The notes under the pieces: model-generated
What the model was told of the DNA's origin: nothing
Database searches by the model: none
Seen by the model: the letters and a program-made list of their open reading frames with translations, nothing else
Translations under genes and position numbers: made by a program
Assembly (NCBI GenBank): GCA_902582755.1
Contig: CACHSZ010000002.1
Coordinates: 157,539 to 221,538, forward strand
Direction: 5' to 3'
DNA: 64,000 nt
Source of the DNA: an uncultured Alphaproteobacteria bacterium
GTDB lineage: Bacteria; Pseudomonadota; Alphaproteobacteria; HIMB59; GCA-002718135
Part shown: piece after piece, positions 19,302-29,700 of the stretch
How the letters are laid out: every line of letters begins with the position of its first letter
Position numbering within the stretch: the stretch's first letter is position 1

Positions 19302-20328
19302 TTTTAATTTGAAGTTTTACATCAGTAGGCCTATGTTCTGCTGCTCTTATAAATGCTTCAACACTTTCTTCAAATTTAAAGGTATGTGTAATCATTGGTT
19401 TGACATCAATTTTTCCACGTTCTAGTAACCTTATTGATGGTTCATATTGATGTGAATACCTATGTACAGTTTGAAATTCAAGACCTTTGGCAAATAGTAC
19501 TGCCCAGTTCATAGGAACTGGTTCAGCATTATTTCCAATTAAAACTACATGCGCCCCAGGTGAGCAGCAAGTGAAAATAGCTTCATATGCTTTTACTGCT
19601 CCACTGCATTCAAAAAACCTATCAACTCCCCATCCTTTAGTTTCATTCATAATTTTTGTTTCTAAATTTTCTTTTGATAAATCTACAGGAATAAGATCCG
19701 GGTAATAATCACACATTTTTAATTTTTCACTTAAAATATCTGCTATATAAACTTTTGCACATCCACCAGCCAAAGCTGCAAGAGCTGTAACCAAACCAAT
19801 TGGTCCACATCCCATCACTAAACCAATTTGACCAGGTTTTATTTTTGCCTTTGTCACACCTTGCATACCTACTGCCAAAGGCTCAACCATTGCTCCTTCG
19901 GCATACGACAGATTATCTGGTAATTTAAAAACCATATCACTTGGAAAAATAACTTCAGGTGTTAAACAACCATGAATAGGTGGTGTAGCCCAAAATTTTA
20001 CTTCTTGATCATAATTGTAGATACCAAGTTTATATTCTTTAGTAGTTTTACTAACTATCTGTGGTTCAATACAAACTCTGTCACCAACCTTCAAATTTTT
20101 TTCATTAGCACCTACTTCAATAATTGTACCTGAGCCTTCGTGACCCAAAACCATTGGAGCATTGACATTCCATTGCCCAATCTTTCCATGTTCATAATAG
20201 TGAATATCTGATCCACATATTCCAACAGTATGCATTTTGATTTTTACGTCATTCAAGCCAACCTTATTTTGTAGTTCAATATCTCTTAAATTTAATTCAA
20301 GTTTTTTTTCTAAAACTAATGCTTTCAT
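19291..20328 (-). CDS. Zn-dependent polyol dehydrogenase (xylitol/sorbitol dehydrogenase-like)
   Basis: GICGSD, LGHE, GDRVCIEP, FWATPP and GCGPIG motifs; structural-Zn Cys cluster absent. Confidence 0.85.
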   Translation of the reverse strand: MKALVLEKKLELNLRDIELQNKVGLNDVKIKMHTVGICGSDIHYYEHGKIGQWNVNAPMVLGHEGSGTIIEVGANEKNLKVGDRVCIEPQIVSKTTKEYKLGIYNYDQEVKFWATPPIHGCLTPEVIFPSDMVFKLPDNLSYAEGAMVEPLAVGMQGVTKAKIKPGQIGLVMGCGPIGLVTALAALAGGCAKVYIADILSEKLKMCDYYPDLIPVDLSKENLETKIMNETKGWGVDRFFECSGAVKAYEAIFTCCSPGAHVVLIGNNAEPVPMNWAVLFAKGLEFQTVHRYSHQYEPSIRLLERGKIDVKPMITHTFKFEESVEAFIRAAEHRPTDVKLQIKIDE

Positions 20329-20413
20329 GACTGTTAATAAATAACATATTTTTAAAATAAATTATTATAATTTTTGATGAAATTTCTACTTTGTTAACAT
20401 ATTGTAAGTATTA

Positions 20414-21178
20414 ATGATTATTGATCAATTTAAGTTAACTAATAAAGTTGCTATTGTAACAGGTGGAACAAGAGGAATTGGTCTATCTATAGCTCATGCT
20501 CTTGGAGAAGCTGGAGCAAAAATAATTGTCACTAGTAGAACCGATAAATATGATGGTTTAAAAAGTTTAAAAGAAGCAAATTATGATGTTTCCTTTTTAC
20601 AGGGTGATATTACTAAACCAGATGAACCTCAAAAAATTATAAATTTTGTATTAGAAAAATATAATTCAATTGATATCCTAGTTAATAATGCTGGTGTTGC
20701 TCAACACGGAACTATGGAAGAATTTGATGATGAATTATTAGATAAAATAATGAATACAAATGTTGATTCTGTTTTTAGAATGTGTCGTTTAGTTTTACCA
20801 CAAATGAAAAAACAAGGTGAAGGAGTGATTTTAAATATAGGTTCGATATCTGGATTAGTATCAAATATTCCTCAACCTCAAGTGGCTTATAATGCATCAA
20901 AAGCAGCTGTACATATGTTAACAAAAAGTTTAGCAAGTGATTTTGCAGAAGAAAATATTCGTGTGAATGCTATTGCCCCAGGTTACATTGATACAGAAAT
21001 GACAAAGCTAACTAAAGAAAACGAACATTGGTATGAAACTTGGAATAGTATGACACCACTCAAAAGAATGGGTAAACCAAGTGAAATTGCATCTGCAGCA
21101 CTTTTTTTATGCAGCCCTGCTTCAAGTTACATTACAGGTGAAGTATTAGTTATAGATGGAGGATATACTCTTAGATAA
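20414..21178 (+). CDS. SDR polyol dehydrogenase (galactitol/L-xylulose-reductase-like)
   Basis: TGGTRGIG, NNAG, SISG..SNIPQPQVAYNASKAAVH and APGYIDT motifs. Confidence 0.75.
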   Translation: MIIDQFKLTNKVAIVTGGTRGIGLSIAHALGEAGAKIIVTSRTDKYDGLKSLKEANYDVSFLQGDITKPDEPQKIINFVLEKYNSIDILVNNAGVAQHGTMEEFDDELLDKIMNTNVDSVFRMCRLVLPQMKKQGEGVILNIGSISGLVSNIPQPQVAYNASKAAVHMLTKSLASDFAEENIRVNAIAPGYIDTEMTKLTKENEHWYETWNSMTPLKRMGKPSEIASAALFLCSPASSYITGEVLVIDGGYTLR

Positions 21179-21183
21179 GATAA

Positions 21184-21747
21184 TTATTCTTTAAAAAGAA
21201 AAATATTTGCCCTTATATTTATTTTGTCTTTAAGAATTGTTGTGTTTTTCCAATTACCAGTGCCAATTTCAAAGTCATTTCTGGAAAAAGATATTTCACT
21301 TTTTACCTGAACCAACTCATTAGCTAGTTTTATAATCTCAATATCAATAGGGATTTTTTGACTTATACCCTTTATTGTTAATTCACCTATTAAAATAATA
21401 TTATTATCTTCATAGTTAAATTTAAAATTATTGGTATCAATAAGACCGAATGGAAATTTTTTAGAATCAAAGAAAATCTCACTCAGTACTAAATCTTTAT
21501 ATCGTTTATAATTTAAATCTAAACTATCAATACTAACATTTATTAATGCTTTGTTATTATTTTCATTAGACAAATCCAAGGAAACAAAACCATCAAATGT
21601 ATTAAATTTACCAGAAACATTTTTTGCAAACAAAACTGGAACTTCAAATTCTATGCTAGAAATATCTTTATCTATAGTCCATAAATCATTTGCAACAGTC
21701 TGTTTACAATAAAGAAAAATAAAAAATAAACTAAATATTACTTTCAA
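21184..21747 (-). CDS. YceI-family secreted protein
   Basis: Signal peptide; W.ID...S.I.F, G.F, FFD..KFP, GELTIKG and R.DF.IG motifs. Confidence 0.8.
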   Translation of the reverse strand: MKVIFSLFFIFLYCKQTVANDLWTIDKDISSIEFEVPVLFAKNVSGKFNTFDGFVSLDLSNENNNKALINVSIDSLDLNYKRYKDLVLSEIFFDSKKFPFGLIDTNNFKFNYEDNNIILIGELTIKGISQKIPIDIEIIKLANELVQVKSEISFSRNDFEIGTGNWKNTTILKDKINIRANIFLFKE

Positions 21748-22159
21748 TATATTTCCTTGCTAGTTCATCAGCTTTTTCATTAAATTCAAAACCTGCATGA
21801 CCCTTAACCCACTTCCATGTTACACTATGTTTATCTATTAGATTATCTAATTGCATCCATAATTCTTTATTTTTCACTATTTTTTTTGTTGAAGTTTTCC
21901 ATCCATTTTTTTTCCAATTTGTAATCCATGATTCAATACCATCCTTTACATATTTGCTATCGGTATAAATGATTAATTCTTTTTTTATCTCAAAATATTC
22001 CAGTGCTTTTATTGCAGCTGTAAGTTCCATTTTATTATTAGTTGTGTGTTGATCACCACCATTTAATAAAATTTCTTTATTATTATCTAATATCACGACA
22101 CCCCATCCCCCTACACCAGGATTCCCAGAACATGCACCATCTGTATAAATATTAATCAT
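21731..22159 (-). CDS. rnhA: Ribonuclease HI
   Basis: YTDGACSGNPG, TTNNKMEL, WVKGH and NE.AD.LA motifs. Confidence 0.97.
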   Translation of the reverse strand: MINIYTDGACSGNPGVGGWGVVILDNNKEILLNGGDQHTTNNKMELTAAIKALEYFEIKKELIIYTDSKYVKDGIESWITNWKKNGWKTSTKKIVKNKELWMQLDNLIDKHSVTWKWVKGHAGFEFNEKADELARKYIESNI

Positions 22160-23109
22160 TATTCAAAAATATCATTTTGTTGATGCCATTTTAAAATATT
22201 CAAATATTCAAATGGATCTTTTTTAACAACTACTGCATCAGGCGGATGAAAAATATAATCGTGCACTCTCGTACATAATATTCTAACAGCAGCAGCTCTT
22301 AATAAAATATTTAACGATTTCTTCTCAAGATCACTTAATTCTCTCAACTTTTGATATTCCTCAAGAATTATTAAGCAGTTCTCTTTGTTACAGTATTGTC
22401 CATTTTCACTAAAGCACCAATCATTAATAATTATGGCTAAATCGTAAATATAAAAATAATAACATGCAAAATAGAAATCTATTACTCCAGAAATTTTTTC
22501 ATCTTTAAAAAAAATATTATCTCTAAACAAATCAGCATGTATGACACCGCTAGGAATATTTGCTGGCCAATAATTTTCTAAATAGTCTATTTCATTTTTT
22601 AACAAATACATTGTTTCATTAAACTTTTCGGATTTGTTATTAACGCATTTTTTGTAAATTTCTTTCCAATCCTGTAGATCTAAACTGTTAGGTCTTTTTT
22701 CATCAAAATTTATGGTAAGATTATGTAAATCAGCAACCATTTTTCCAACTTGTCTACACATTTCAGAGTTAGGTTTTTCAATACTTTTACCTTCCAGAAA
22801 AGATATTATAACAGCTGTTTTATTTTTTATTCTTTTTAAAATTTTTCCATTTTTATCTGAGATAGCTTTTGGACATTTAAAATTATTTTTATTTAAAAAG
22901 TTTTTTAAATTTATAAAAAAGGGTAATTCTTGCTCAGTTACTCTTTTTTCAAAAATTGTTAAAATATATGGTTGATTATTACAAAAAATTTTAAAATTTG
23001 AGTTCTCTATCCCATCTACAATTTCTTCAAAACTATCTAAATTTCCAATTGAGTACTCAGAAATAAAGTTTTCAATATCTTCTTTAAGTAATTTAGTAAA
23101 GACTGCCAT
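22159..23109 (-). CDS. thrB: Homoserine kinase type II
   Basis: MAVFT start; GIENSN, LTIFE, IHADLFRDN and IDFYFAC motifs; ispH-thrB-rnhA synteny. Confidence 0.93.
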   Translation of the reverse strand: MAVFTKLLKEDIENFISEYSIGNLDSFEEIVDGIENSNFKIFCNNQPYILTIFEKRVTEQELPFFINLKNFLNKNNFKCPKAISDKNGKILKRIKNKTAVIISFLEGKSIEKPNSEMCRQVGKMVADLHNLTINFDEKRPNSLDLQDWKEIYKKCVNNKSEKFNETMYLLKNEIDYLENYWPANIPSGVIHADLFRDNIFFKDEKISGVIDFYFACYYFYIYDLAIIINDWCFSENGQYCNKENCLIILEEYQKLRELSDLEKKSLNILLRAAAVRILCTRVHDYIFHPPDAVVVKKDPFEYLNILKWHQQNDIFE

Positions 23110-23112
23110 CTT

Positions 23113-24054
23113 CTATACGTTTAGTTTTTGTGGCACTTTAAAAAATACATCTTCTTTTTGGTAAGATCCTTCATTTATATGTATTTCAAAATTTCTTTTC
23201 AAATTATCAAGAAGTTTTTTAACGAGTACTTCTGGTGATGATGCACTTGCTGTTATTCCTATATTTTCAGATTCTTGAAATATATTTAAATTTAAGGAAT
23301 CTACATCTTCTACTAAAATAGCTTTTGTTGATCCATAATTTTTTGCTACTTCAACTAATCTTAGAGAATTTGATGAGTTACTTGCACCAATTACTAAAAA
23401 ATAATCACATTGATTAGCTATTTTTTTAACAGCTTCTTGTCTATTTGTTGTTGCATAACAAATATCATTTTTTTTTGGTTCTATGACATTACTAAAATGT
23501 AATTTTATCTCTTTTATTATATCTTTAGTATCATCTACTGATAGCGTTGTCTGAGTAACATATGCAATCTCATCATTTTGGTCAAAAGGTAATTTTTTAA
23601 CATCTTCAACTTTTTCTACTAAATGAATTTTTTTATCTGTTTGGCCCATAGTCCCAATAACTTCAGGATGATTTCTATGACCAATTAAAATGACAGGAAG
23701 ATTTTTTTTATCAAAATTTTCAACTTCTTTATGGATTTTGCTAACAAGTGGACACGTTGCATCATAATATACTAAATTTAAACTTAATGCTTCCTCTGGC
23801 ACTGCTTTAGGAACACCGTGTGCAGAAAAGATAACTGGCCTGCTTTTATCTTGAATTTCATTTAGTTCTTCAACAAAAATAGCTCCTTCTGACTTAAGAT
23901 TTTCTACAACAAATTTATTATGCACTATTTCATGACGAACATATACGGGCGCACCATATTTTTTTAGAGCACCCTTTACCATTTCTATAGCCCTATCTAC
24001 ACCTGCACAAAATCCCCGAGGTCCTGCAAGAAATATATTAAGTTTTTTTGTCAT
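23113..24054 (-). CDS. ispH: 4-hydroxy-3-methylbut-2-enyl diphosphate reductase
   Basis: PRGFCAGV, DATCPLV, DICYATTNRQ and NSSNS motifs. Confidence 0.97.
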   Translation of the reverse strand: MTKKLNIFLAGPRGFCAGVDRAIEMVKGALKKYGAPVYVRHEIVHNKFVVENLKSEGAIFVEELNEIQDKSRPVIFSAHGVPKAVPEEALSLNLVYYDATCPLVSKIHKEVENFDKKNLPVILIGHRNHPEVIGTMGQTDKKIHLVEKVEDVKKLPFDQNDEIAYVTQTTLSVDDTKDIIKEIKLHFSNVIEPKKNDICYATTNRQEAVKKIANQCDYFLVIGASNSSNSLRLVEVAKNYGSTKAILVEDVDSLNLNIFQESENIGITASASSPEVLVKKLLDNLKRNFEIHINEGSYQKEDVFFKVPQKLNV

Positions 24055-24166
24055 CCAAATTTGTTACCATTAATTTTGGTTACTTAATAATACTATAGAT
24101 TTTAAAAATCTTTTAATATTAAATTATTAATATTTTAAGTAGATTTTGGAATAACTAAATCTACTA

Positions 24167-24652
24167 CTAGTTCTTTAGAACAGAGTTAAATTCGGTAATT
24201 GATTCTTCAATTAAAGCAGATTTTTTATCCTTACTTAGATTTTGAAGTAGAATATTTCTAGTAGCCTCTATTGCAACACTTGAAATATAACTTTTGATAG
24301 AATTATTGGTATCTCTAACTAATTGTTCAATTTTATTTTCTGCCAATATTTTTCTTTTTTCAATTTGATCAGTTAATTTAGTGGCGGATATATCTTTCAA
24401 TTCAGCAATTCTTTTCTCAGATTCTAACTTTAGATTTTGTATTTCTTTCTCTACTTTAGATTCTCTATCCCTAAGTTCATCCAAAGCTTTTTGAGCCTCG
24501 TTTTTTAAATTCTCAACTTCATCTATTTTATTTTTTATATCTTTTATTTGTGTATCTAAACTAGATGTAAGAATTTTTCGTACTGGATTAAAAATAGCTG
24601 CAATAAATAATATAAAAGATACCGCTACCCAAAATTGAGGATCAGAAAACAT
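24167..24652 (-). CDS. atpF: ATP synthase Fo subunit b
   Basis: N-terminal TM (FWVAVSF) plus coiled coil; position in the Fo operon. Confidence 0.9.
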   Translation of the reverse strand: MFSDPQFWVAVSFILFIAAIFNPVRKILTSSLDTQIKDIKNKIDEVENLKNEAQKALDELRDRESKVEKEIQNLKLESEKRIAELKDISATKLTDQIEKRKILAENKIEQLVRDTNNSIKSYISSVAIEATRNILLQNLSKDKKSALIEESITEFNSVLKN

Positions 24653-25143
24653 TAATTAAAATTACCTTTATGTGTTTCAATAACTTTATTAAGTTCATTG
24701 TCTGACAATTCAATATCTGTAATTTTTCCAACAGTCAGTTTTGTAATATTAACTATTTCATTGTTAATATTTTTCATTTGATCATCTTTACTTTTTAAAA
24801 TTTCTTTTTCTGCATCAGAAACTTTTTTTTCTAAATCTTTATCAAGTGAAGAAAGTTGAGAAGAAACATCTTCTTGTAAAGCATTGATTGTTTCTTTAAT
24901 TTTCTCATCTGTTTCTAGTTTAGCTTTATTGATTTGATCATTAATTTTTTTTTCAATTTCCATTGCCTGTTCTTGAAGCTCTTTTGCTGAAGATAAATTT
25001 TCATCTATTTTATTTTGCCTTTTCTCTAAAACTGTAGCTATTCTTGGAAGTGATACCCTCCATAAAAATACAAATAGAAAAGTAAAAAATACAGCTAACC
25101 AAAAGAGCTGTGAAACAAAAAACTCTGGATTTAATTGAGGCAT
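24652..25143 (-). CDS. atpG: ATP synthase Fo subunit b'
   Basis: MPQL...SQLFWL signature of alphaproteobacterial b'. Confidence 0.9.
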   Translation of the reverse strand: MPQLNPEFFVSQLFWLAVFFTFLFVFLWRVSLPRIATVLEKRQNKIDENLSSAKELQEQAMEIEKKINDQINKAKLETDEKIKETINALQEDVSSQLSSLDKDLEKKVSDAEKEILKSKDDQMKNINNEIVNITKLTVGKITDIELSDNELNKVIETHKGNFN

Positions 25144-25160
25144 TAATTAATTATTGAGTT

Positions 25161-25385
25161 CTATCCAAACAAAATAACTAACGCAATAACTAGCGCGAAA
25201 AGTGCAATCGCTTCAACTAATGCGAAACCTAACATTGTCATTGTAAAAACTTCACCTCTTGCTGCCGGATTTCTTCCAACTGCTTGAATAAAAGATGAGA
25301 AAATATTCCCAATTCCAATACCTGATCCAATAACACCGATAACGGCTAAACCCGCTCCGATTACTTTTGCTGCTTCAATTTCCAT
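25161..25385 (-). CDS. atpE: ATP synthase Fo subunit c
   Basis: GxGxGxG, RNP loop, ion-binding Glu in FALVEA. Confidence 0.97.
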   Translation of the reverse strand: MEIEAAKVIGAGLAVIGVIGSGIGIGNIFSSFIQAVGRNPAARGEVFTMTMLGFALVEAIALFALVIALVILFG

Positions 25386-25403
25386 AAGTCCTCCTATTTT
25401 AAA

Positions 25404-26138
25404 TTAATGTAAATGATAAGCATCGTTAATATATAAACACGTCAGTATTGCAAACACATATGCTTGCAAAAAAGCAATTAAAATTTCTAATCCTGTTAAA
25501 GCTACAATGAAAGCTAAAGGAAAAACTCCTGTAAAAAAAGGCATTGAAACTACAAAGCCTGCAAATACTTTTAGTAGTGTGTGACCGGCCAGCATGTTTG
25601 CAAATAATCTAACTGATAAACTTATAGGTCTTGATAAATAAGAAATTACCTCAATGGGAATAAGCAGTGGATGCATGTAAAACGGCACACCTGGTATATA
25701 GAAGAAAGTAAAAAATTTAATGCCATGGTTAATAAACCCAAGAATAGTTACGCCAACAAATACAACTGCTGCTAATGCAAATGTAACAATGATGTGACTC
25801 GTGAAAGTAAATTGATACGGTACCATTCCAACCATATTTCCAATTAGTACAAACATGAACAAAGAGAAAACAAATGGGAAATATCTTTTTCCATTATCTC
25901 CAACTGTATCTGAGAGTAACTGAGCAATAAAATTATACATCAGCTCTGAAATAAGCTGCATCCTAGAAGGGATAATTGATCTTGTGTTCACTGTTAAAGT
26001 TAAAAATAGAGTAATTACTAAAACAGTAATTAGCATTGCAAAAGATGAGTTTGTGAAAGAAATGTTATAACCACCAAATTCAATATTAGATATTGGATTT
26101 ATCTCGAACTGTTTTAGAGGACTATCTTTTGCGGCCAT
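25404..26138 (-). CDS. atpB: ATP synthase Fo subunit a
   Basis: RPISLSVRLFANMLAGH and LQAYVF motifs. Confidence 0.97.
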   Translation of the reverse strand: MAAKDSPLKQFEINPISNIEFGGYNISFTNSSFAMLITVLVITLFLTLTVNTRSIIPSRMQLISELMYNFIAQLLSDTVGDNGKRYFPFVFSLFMFVLIGNMVGMVPYQFTFTSHIIVTFALAAVVFVGVTILGFINHGIKFFTFFYIPGVPFYMHPLLIPIEVISYLSRPISLSVRLFANMLAGHTLLKVFAGFVVSMPFFTGVFPLAFIVALTGLEILIAFLQAYVFAILTCLYINDAYHLH

Positions 26139-26159
26139 AATTGATATTGAATATTAAAA

Positions 26160-26447
26160 TTATCTTTGCTTTTCAATGCGACGCATTACACGATAAACGT
26201 TCAAAAATCCAGCTAATGCGCCAAATATGAAGAAAATAATTAAGCCTAATGGTTTAGTATTAAAGTAATTATCCACAATAAGCCCAATTCCAACTCCAAC
26301 AACTAGTGCGGCTATAATTTCTGTACTAATTTTAAAACCAAATCCTGCACCACTTTCTTTTTTTTTAATATTAGGTTCTTTATTTTGATTATCTAAATCA
26401 TCAATTTTTTTACCTAATTCTTCTAAATTTTTATTTTTATAATTCAT
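26160..26447 (-). CDS. atpI: AtpZ/AtpI-family protein (first gene of the Fo operon)
   Basis: E....VG.GIG..D..F.T.P motif; AGFLNV. Confidence 0.85.
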   Translation of the reverse strand: MNYKNKNLEELGKKIDDLDNQNKEPNIKKKESGAGFGFKISTEIIAALVVGVGIGLIVDNYFNTKPLGLIIFFIFGALAGFLNVYRVMRRIEKQR

Positions 26448-29085
26448 TTGTAGCGTCTTGTTCTTTTATCTCAATTGCTTTTTCAAGATCAACGGAAACT
26501 AATTGTGATACACCTTTCTCAGGCATAGTAACACCAAATAATCTATTTACTCTTGCCATTGTCATTCTATGGTGAGTTATTACTAAGAATTTTGTTGAAG
26601 AAGTTTTAGCTATTTCCTCCACTAATGAACAAAATCTATCAACATTAGTATCATCTAATGGAGCGTCAACCTCATCAAGTACACAAATTGGAGCTGGGTT
26701 TGATAAAAATACAGCAAATAATAATGATAAGGCTGTAAGAGCTTGCTCACCTCCAGAAAGTAAATTTAGATTTTGTAATTTTTTTCCAGGAGGACTAGCA
26801 AATATTTCTAAACCAGCTTGAAGAGGATCTGATTCATCTGTAAACTTTAGATAAGCCTTTCCACCACCAAACAACCTGGTAAATAACTTTTGAAAATTTT
26901 CATTTACTATTCCATATGCAGCAAGTAAACGTTGTCTACCTTCTGTATTAAGTGAGTCAATTGCTTCTCTTAGTTTTGCAATTGCACTTAAAAGGTCGCT
27001 TTGATCTTTTTTTATCGTATTAACTTTTTCTTCTAAATCTTTTGACTCTTGTTCTGCGAGAAGATTAACACCACCTAAACGTTCTTGCTCTCCAATTAGT
27101 CTCTCTAACTTTTTTTCTAAATAATCAGTCTCGCCTAAAACTTTATTTGGATTGATTTCTCCAATATTGTAAAGTTCGTCTAGATCTACACTCAATCTTT
27201 CTTTTACTTGAGTAGATAATAATTTAATTGCTTCATTAATTGTATTAATTTGACCTTCAGTTCTAATTCTCTCTTCTCTCAATTCATTTAATTTAATTTC
27301 CTCTAGTTTTAATTTCTTATTGATTTCATTAGAATTTTGCTCAGTTTGACGAAGTTTCTCAGCTATTTGCTCGTAAGAATTCTTATTTTCATCAATGAGT
27401 TTTTGTATTTTTAATTTTTCACTTGATACATCTTCAGGAACGGATTGGAGATTTGATAATTCACCAATTAATGTATTTTGCCTTGAATTTAACTCTTCTA
27501 TTCTTTGATTTGCTTTTGCAGAAATATCATTCCATTGTTTTTCTTCAGCACTTAATTGCTTTATTCTTCTATTTTTAAGTTGCTCTAATATAGCTTTAGT
27601 AGAATTATTTTGTTTACCTTTAGATACATATCCATCCCACCTCCAAATTTCTCCTAGTTTACTTACTAATATCTGTCCTGGTTTTAAGCTTTTTTGAATT
27701 TTTAAAACATTTTCTTTATCTTCTATTAATCCAACAAATTCTAATTTCTTTTTTAGATTATCTGGAGCTTTGATCAGAGACGAAAACTTAGTAATTTCAG
27801 AATCAAAGGACGAATCTTCTACATCTAATTTTCTCCAAAAAATACTTTGTTCTTCATCAATAGATGCAATTAACTCATCTGAAAAAACAGCAGCGATTGC
27901 TTGTTCAAGACCATCTTCAAAATCCAGATAATCTATTATTGGATTATTATTTTTTTTATTGTTCTCATTTTCATTCTTTAGATCATCATCTGTTTGAATG
28001 AAAAGATCACCTTGTTGTTTTAAAAGTATTGATTTTTCTTCTCTTACTCTTTCAAGATTTTGCTTTGCATCCTCAAATAAAAATTTCTCTCTTTCAATAT
28101 CATTTTTAATTTGCTCTATACGGACTTTCGTTTCATCTACTGCAATATTTGCTCTTTCAATTTCTTTTTCTTGATTTTCTAAGCTAATTGAATATTTTTG
28201 CAGTTCAGCAGCAATCTTACTTTCCTGGAGTCTAAGGTTTGGAAGACTTTCTTGAACTTTTTCAAATTCTACATTTATTTGTGCAACAACTTGCGTTTGG
28301 TCATTTACAACATTTGTCTCAGATTCAATTTTTTCGTTAGCATTTTTTAATTTATCTTTTTCATCAATCCATTTTTTATAAAATAATCTCGCTCTTGCTT
28401 TTGTAATATCTTTTTGAATATACTTATATCTTTCAGCTTGTTTTGATTGTTTCTTTAATATTGTGAGTTGTTCGTCTTGTGCTTTTAATACGTCCTTAAC
28501 ACGCTCTAAGTTATTTTCAGTAGCATTTAATCTTAATTCAGCCTCGTGTCGTCTTGAGTGAAGACCAGTAATTCCAGCAGCTTCTTCCAGTAATGTCCTT
28601 CTTTGTTCAGGTTTAGCTGCGATAATAGCTCCAACTCTACCTTGACTGACCATCGATGTTGAACGAGCACCTGTTGCTGCATCAGCAAATAACAATTGTA
28701 CATCCTTTAATCGAACCTCCTTCCCATTAACTCTATATTCTGAGCCTTCACCTCGCCAAATTCTTCTAGTTACTTCAATAGTATCGTTTTCATTGAAAAT
28801 ACTTGGTGCTTTTCTTGCTTTATTATCTAAATCTATAGTAACTTCAGCAATATCCCATGCTGGTCTATCATCTGTTCCATTAAAGATAACATCATCTAAT
28901 TCACTTCCTCTCATTTGTTTTGGAGAAAGTTCACCCATAACAAACCTAAAAGCTTCTACAAGATTCGATTTACCACATCCGTTTGGACCAACAATACCTG
29001 TTAGGCCATTTTCAATCATAATTTCTGTGGGTTCAACAAAAGACTTAAAGCCTTTGACCTTAAGGGTCCTAAAATTAATCATCAA
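26437..29085 (-). CDS. smc: Chromosome segregation protein SMC (unusually short, 882 aa)
   Basis: GFKSF, GPNGCGKSN, LSGGEQ, LDEVDAPLD and ITH motifs; coiled coils. Confidence 0.95.
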   Translation of the reverse strand: MMINFRTLKVKGFKSFVEPTEIMIENGLTGIVGPNGCGKSNLVEAFRFVMGELSPKQMRGSELDDVIFNGTDDRPAWDIAEVTIDLDNKARKAPSIFNENDTIEVTRRIWRGEGSEYRVNGKEVRLKDVQLLFADAATGARSTSMVSQGRVGAIIAAKPEQRRTLLEEAAGITGLHSRRHEAELRLNATENNLERVKDVLKAQDEQLTILKKQSKQAERYKYIQKDITKARARLFYKKWIDEKDKLKNANEKIESETNVVNDQTQVVAQINVEFEKVQESLPNLRLQESKIAAELQKYSISLENQEKEIERANIAVDETKVRIEQIKNDIEREKFLFEDAKQNLERVREEKSILLKQQGDLFIQTDDDLKNENENNKKNNNPIIDYLDFEDGLEQAIAAVFSDELIASIDEEQSIFWRKLDVEDSSFDSEITKFSSLIKAPDNLKKKLEFVGLIEDKENVLKIQKSLKPGQILVSKLGEIWRWDGYVSKGKQNNSTKAILEQLKNRRIKQLSAEEKQWNDISAKANQRIEELNSRQNTLIGELSNLQSVPEDVSSEKLKIQKLIDENKNSYEQIAEKLRQTEQNSNEINKKLKLEEIKLNELREERIRTEGQINTINEAIKLLSTQVKERLSVDLDELYNIGEINPNKVLGETDYLEKKLERLIGEQERLGGVNLLAEQESKDLEEKVNTIKKDQSDLLSAIAKLREAIDSLNTEGRQRLLAAYGIVNENFQKLFTRLFGGGKAYLKFTDESDPLQAGLEIFASPPGKKLQNLNLLSGGEQALTALSLLFAVFLSNPAPICVLDEVDAPLDDTNVDRFCSLVEEIAKTSSTKFLVITHHRMTMARVNRLFGVTMPEKGVSQLVSVDLEKAIEIKEQDATNEL

Positions 29086-29700
29086 CTATTGTGATAATAT
29101 TTTATCGATGATTTGTCTAAACTCTTTTATGTTTTTATTCCCGGAATATAAAACTCCATTAACAATGAATGACGGAGTAGAGCCTATTTTATATTCTCTT
29201 TGCGCTTCCATTACACCCTCAAGTAATTGATTCTCTAAATCCACATTACTTAAACATGAATCAAAATCTTCTTGTTGCATACCGCCACTTTGCATAATTT
29301 TATATAATTCAGATCTTGTTTTGGAATGATCTCTATTAACCCAACTATTTTGAAGCTTATAAAGGCCATTCATATAATCGTATCTTACCTCATCTGGCAC
29401 ACATCTTAAAATCATACTTCCAGCAAGAGCCGGATAATTAAAGGGAAAATCACGAAAAATAAACTTAACTTTACCAGTATCTATAAACTCTTTTTTTAAT
29501 TCTGCTAGAGTATCATTATGAAAATCTGCACAGTGACTACAAGACATTGAAGCATATTCTATAATTGTGATTGGAGCATTTTCTTCTCCAATATAAAAAT
29601 CATTATCTTTAACATCTAGTATTGAGTTTTCAGTTGCTTTGGCATTAATAAAAAGTAGTGATAGTATAATAGAAATAAATAAAATTTTAATTTTCATCAT
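29086..29700 (-). CDS. DsbA-family thioredoxin-fold protein
   Basis: EYASMSCSHCA (CxxC), cis-Pro STPSF; conserved position next to smc. Confidence 0.9.
   Translation of the reverse strand: MMKIKILFISIILSLLFINAKATENSILDVKDNDFYIGEENAPITIIEYASMSCSHCADFHNDTLAELKKEFIDTGKVKFIFRDFPFNYPALAGSMILRCVPDEVRYDYMNGLYKLQNSWVNRDHSKTRSELYKIMQSGGMQQEDFDSCLSNVDLENQLLEGVMEAQREYKIGSTPSFIVNGVLYSGNKNIKEFRQIIDKILSQ

Noticed and set aside
24097-24165. Palindromes downstream of atpF (AGATTTT-A-AAAATCT; AGTAGATTT...AAATCTACT)
   Set aside because: Weak AT-rich stems without a clear U-tract; possibly a terminator but not supportable
25161-25385. Na+-translocating ATP synthase
   Set aside because: Subunit c lacks the Q...ES/T sodium-binding signature (it reads VEA), consistent with H+ coupling
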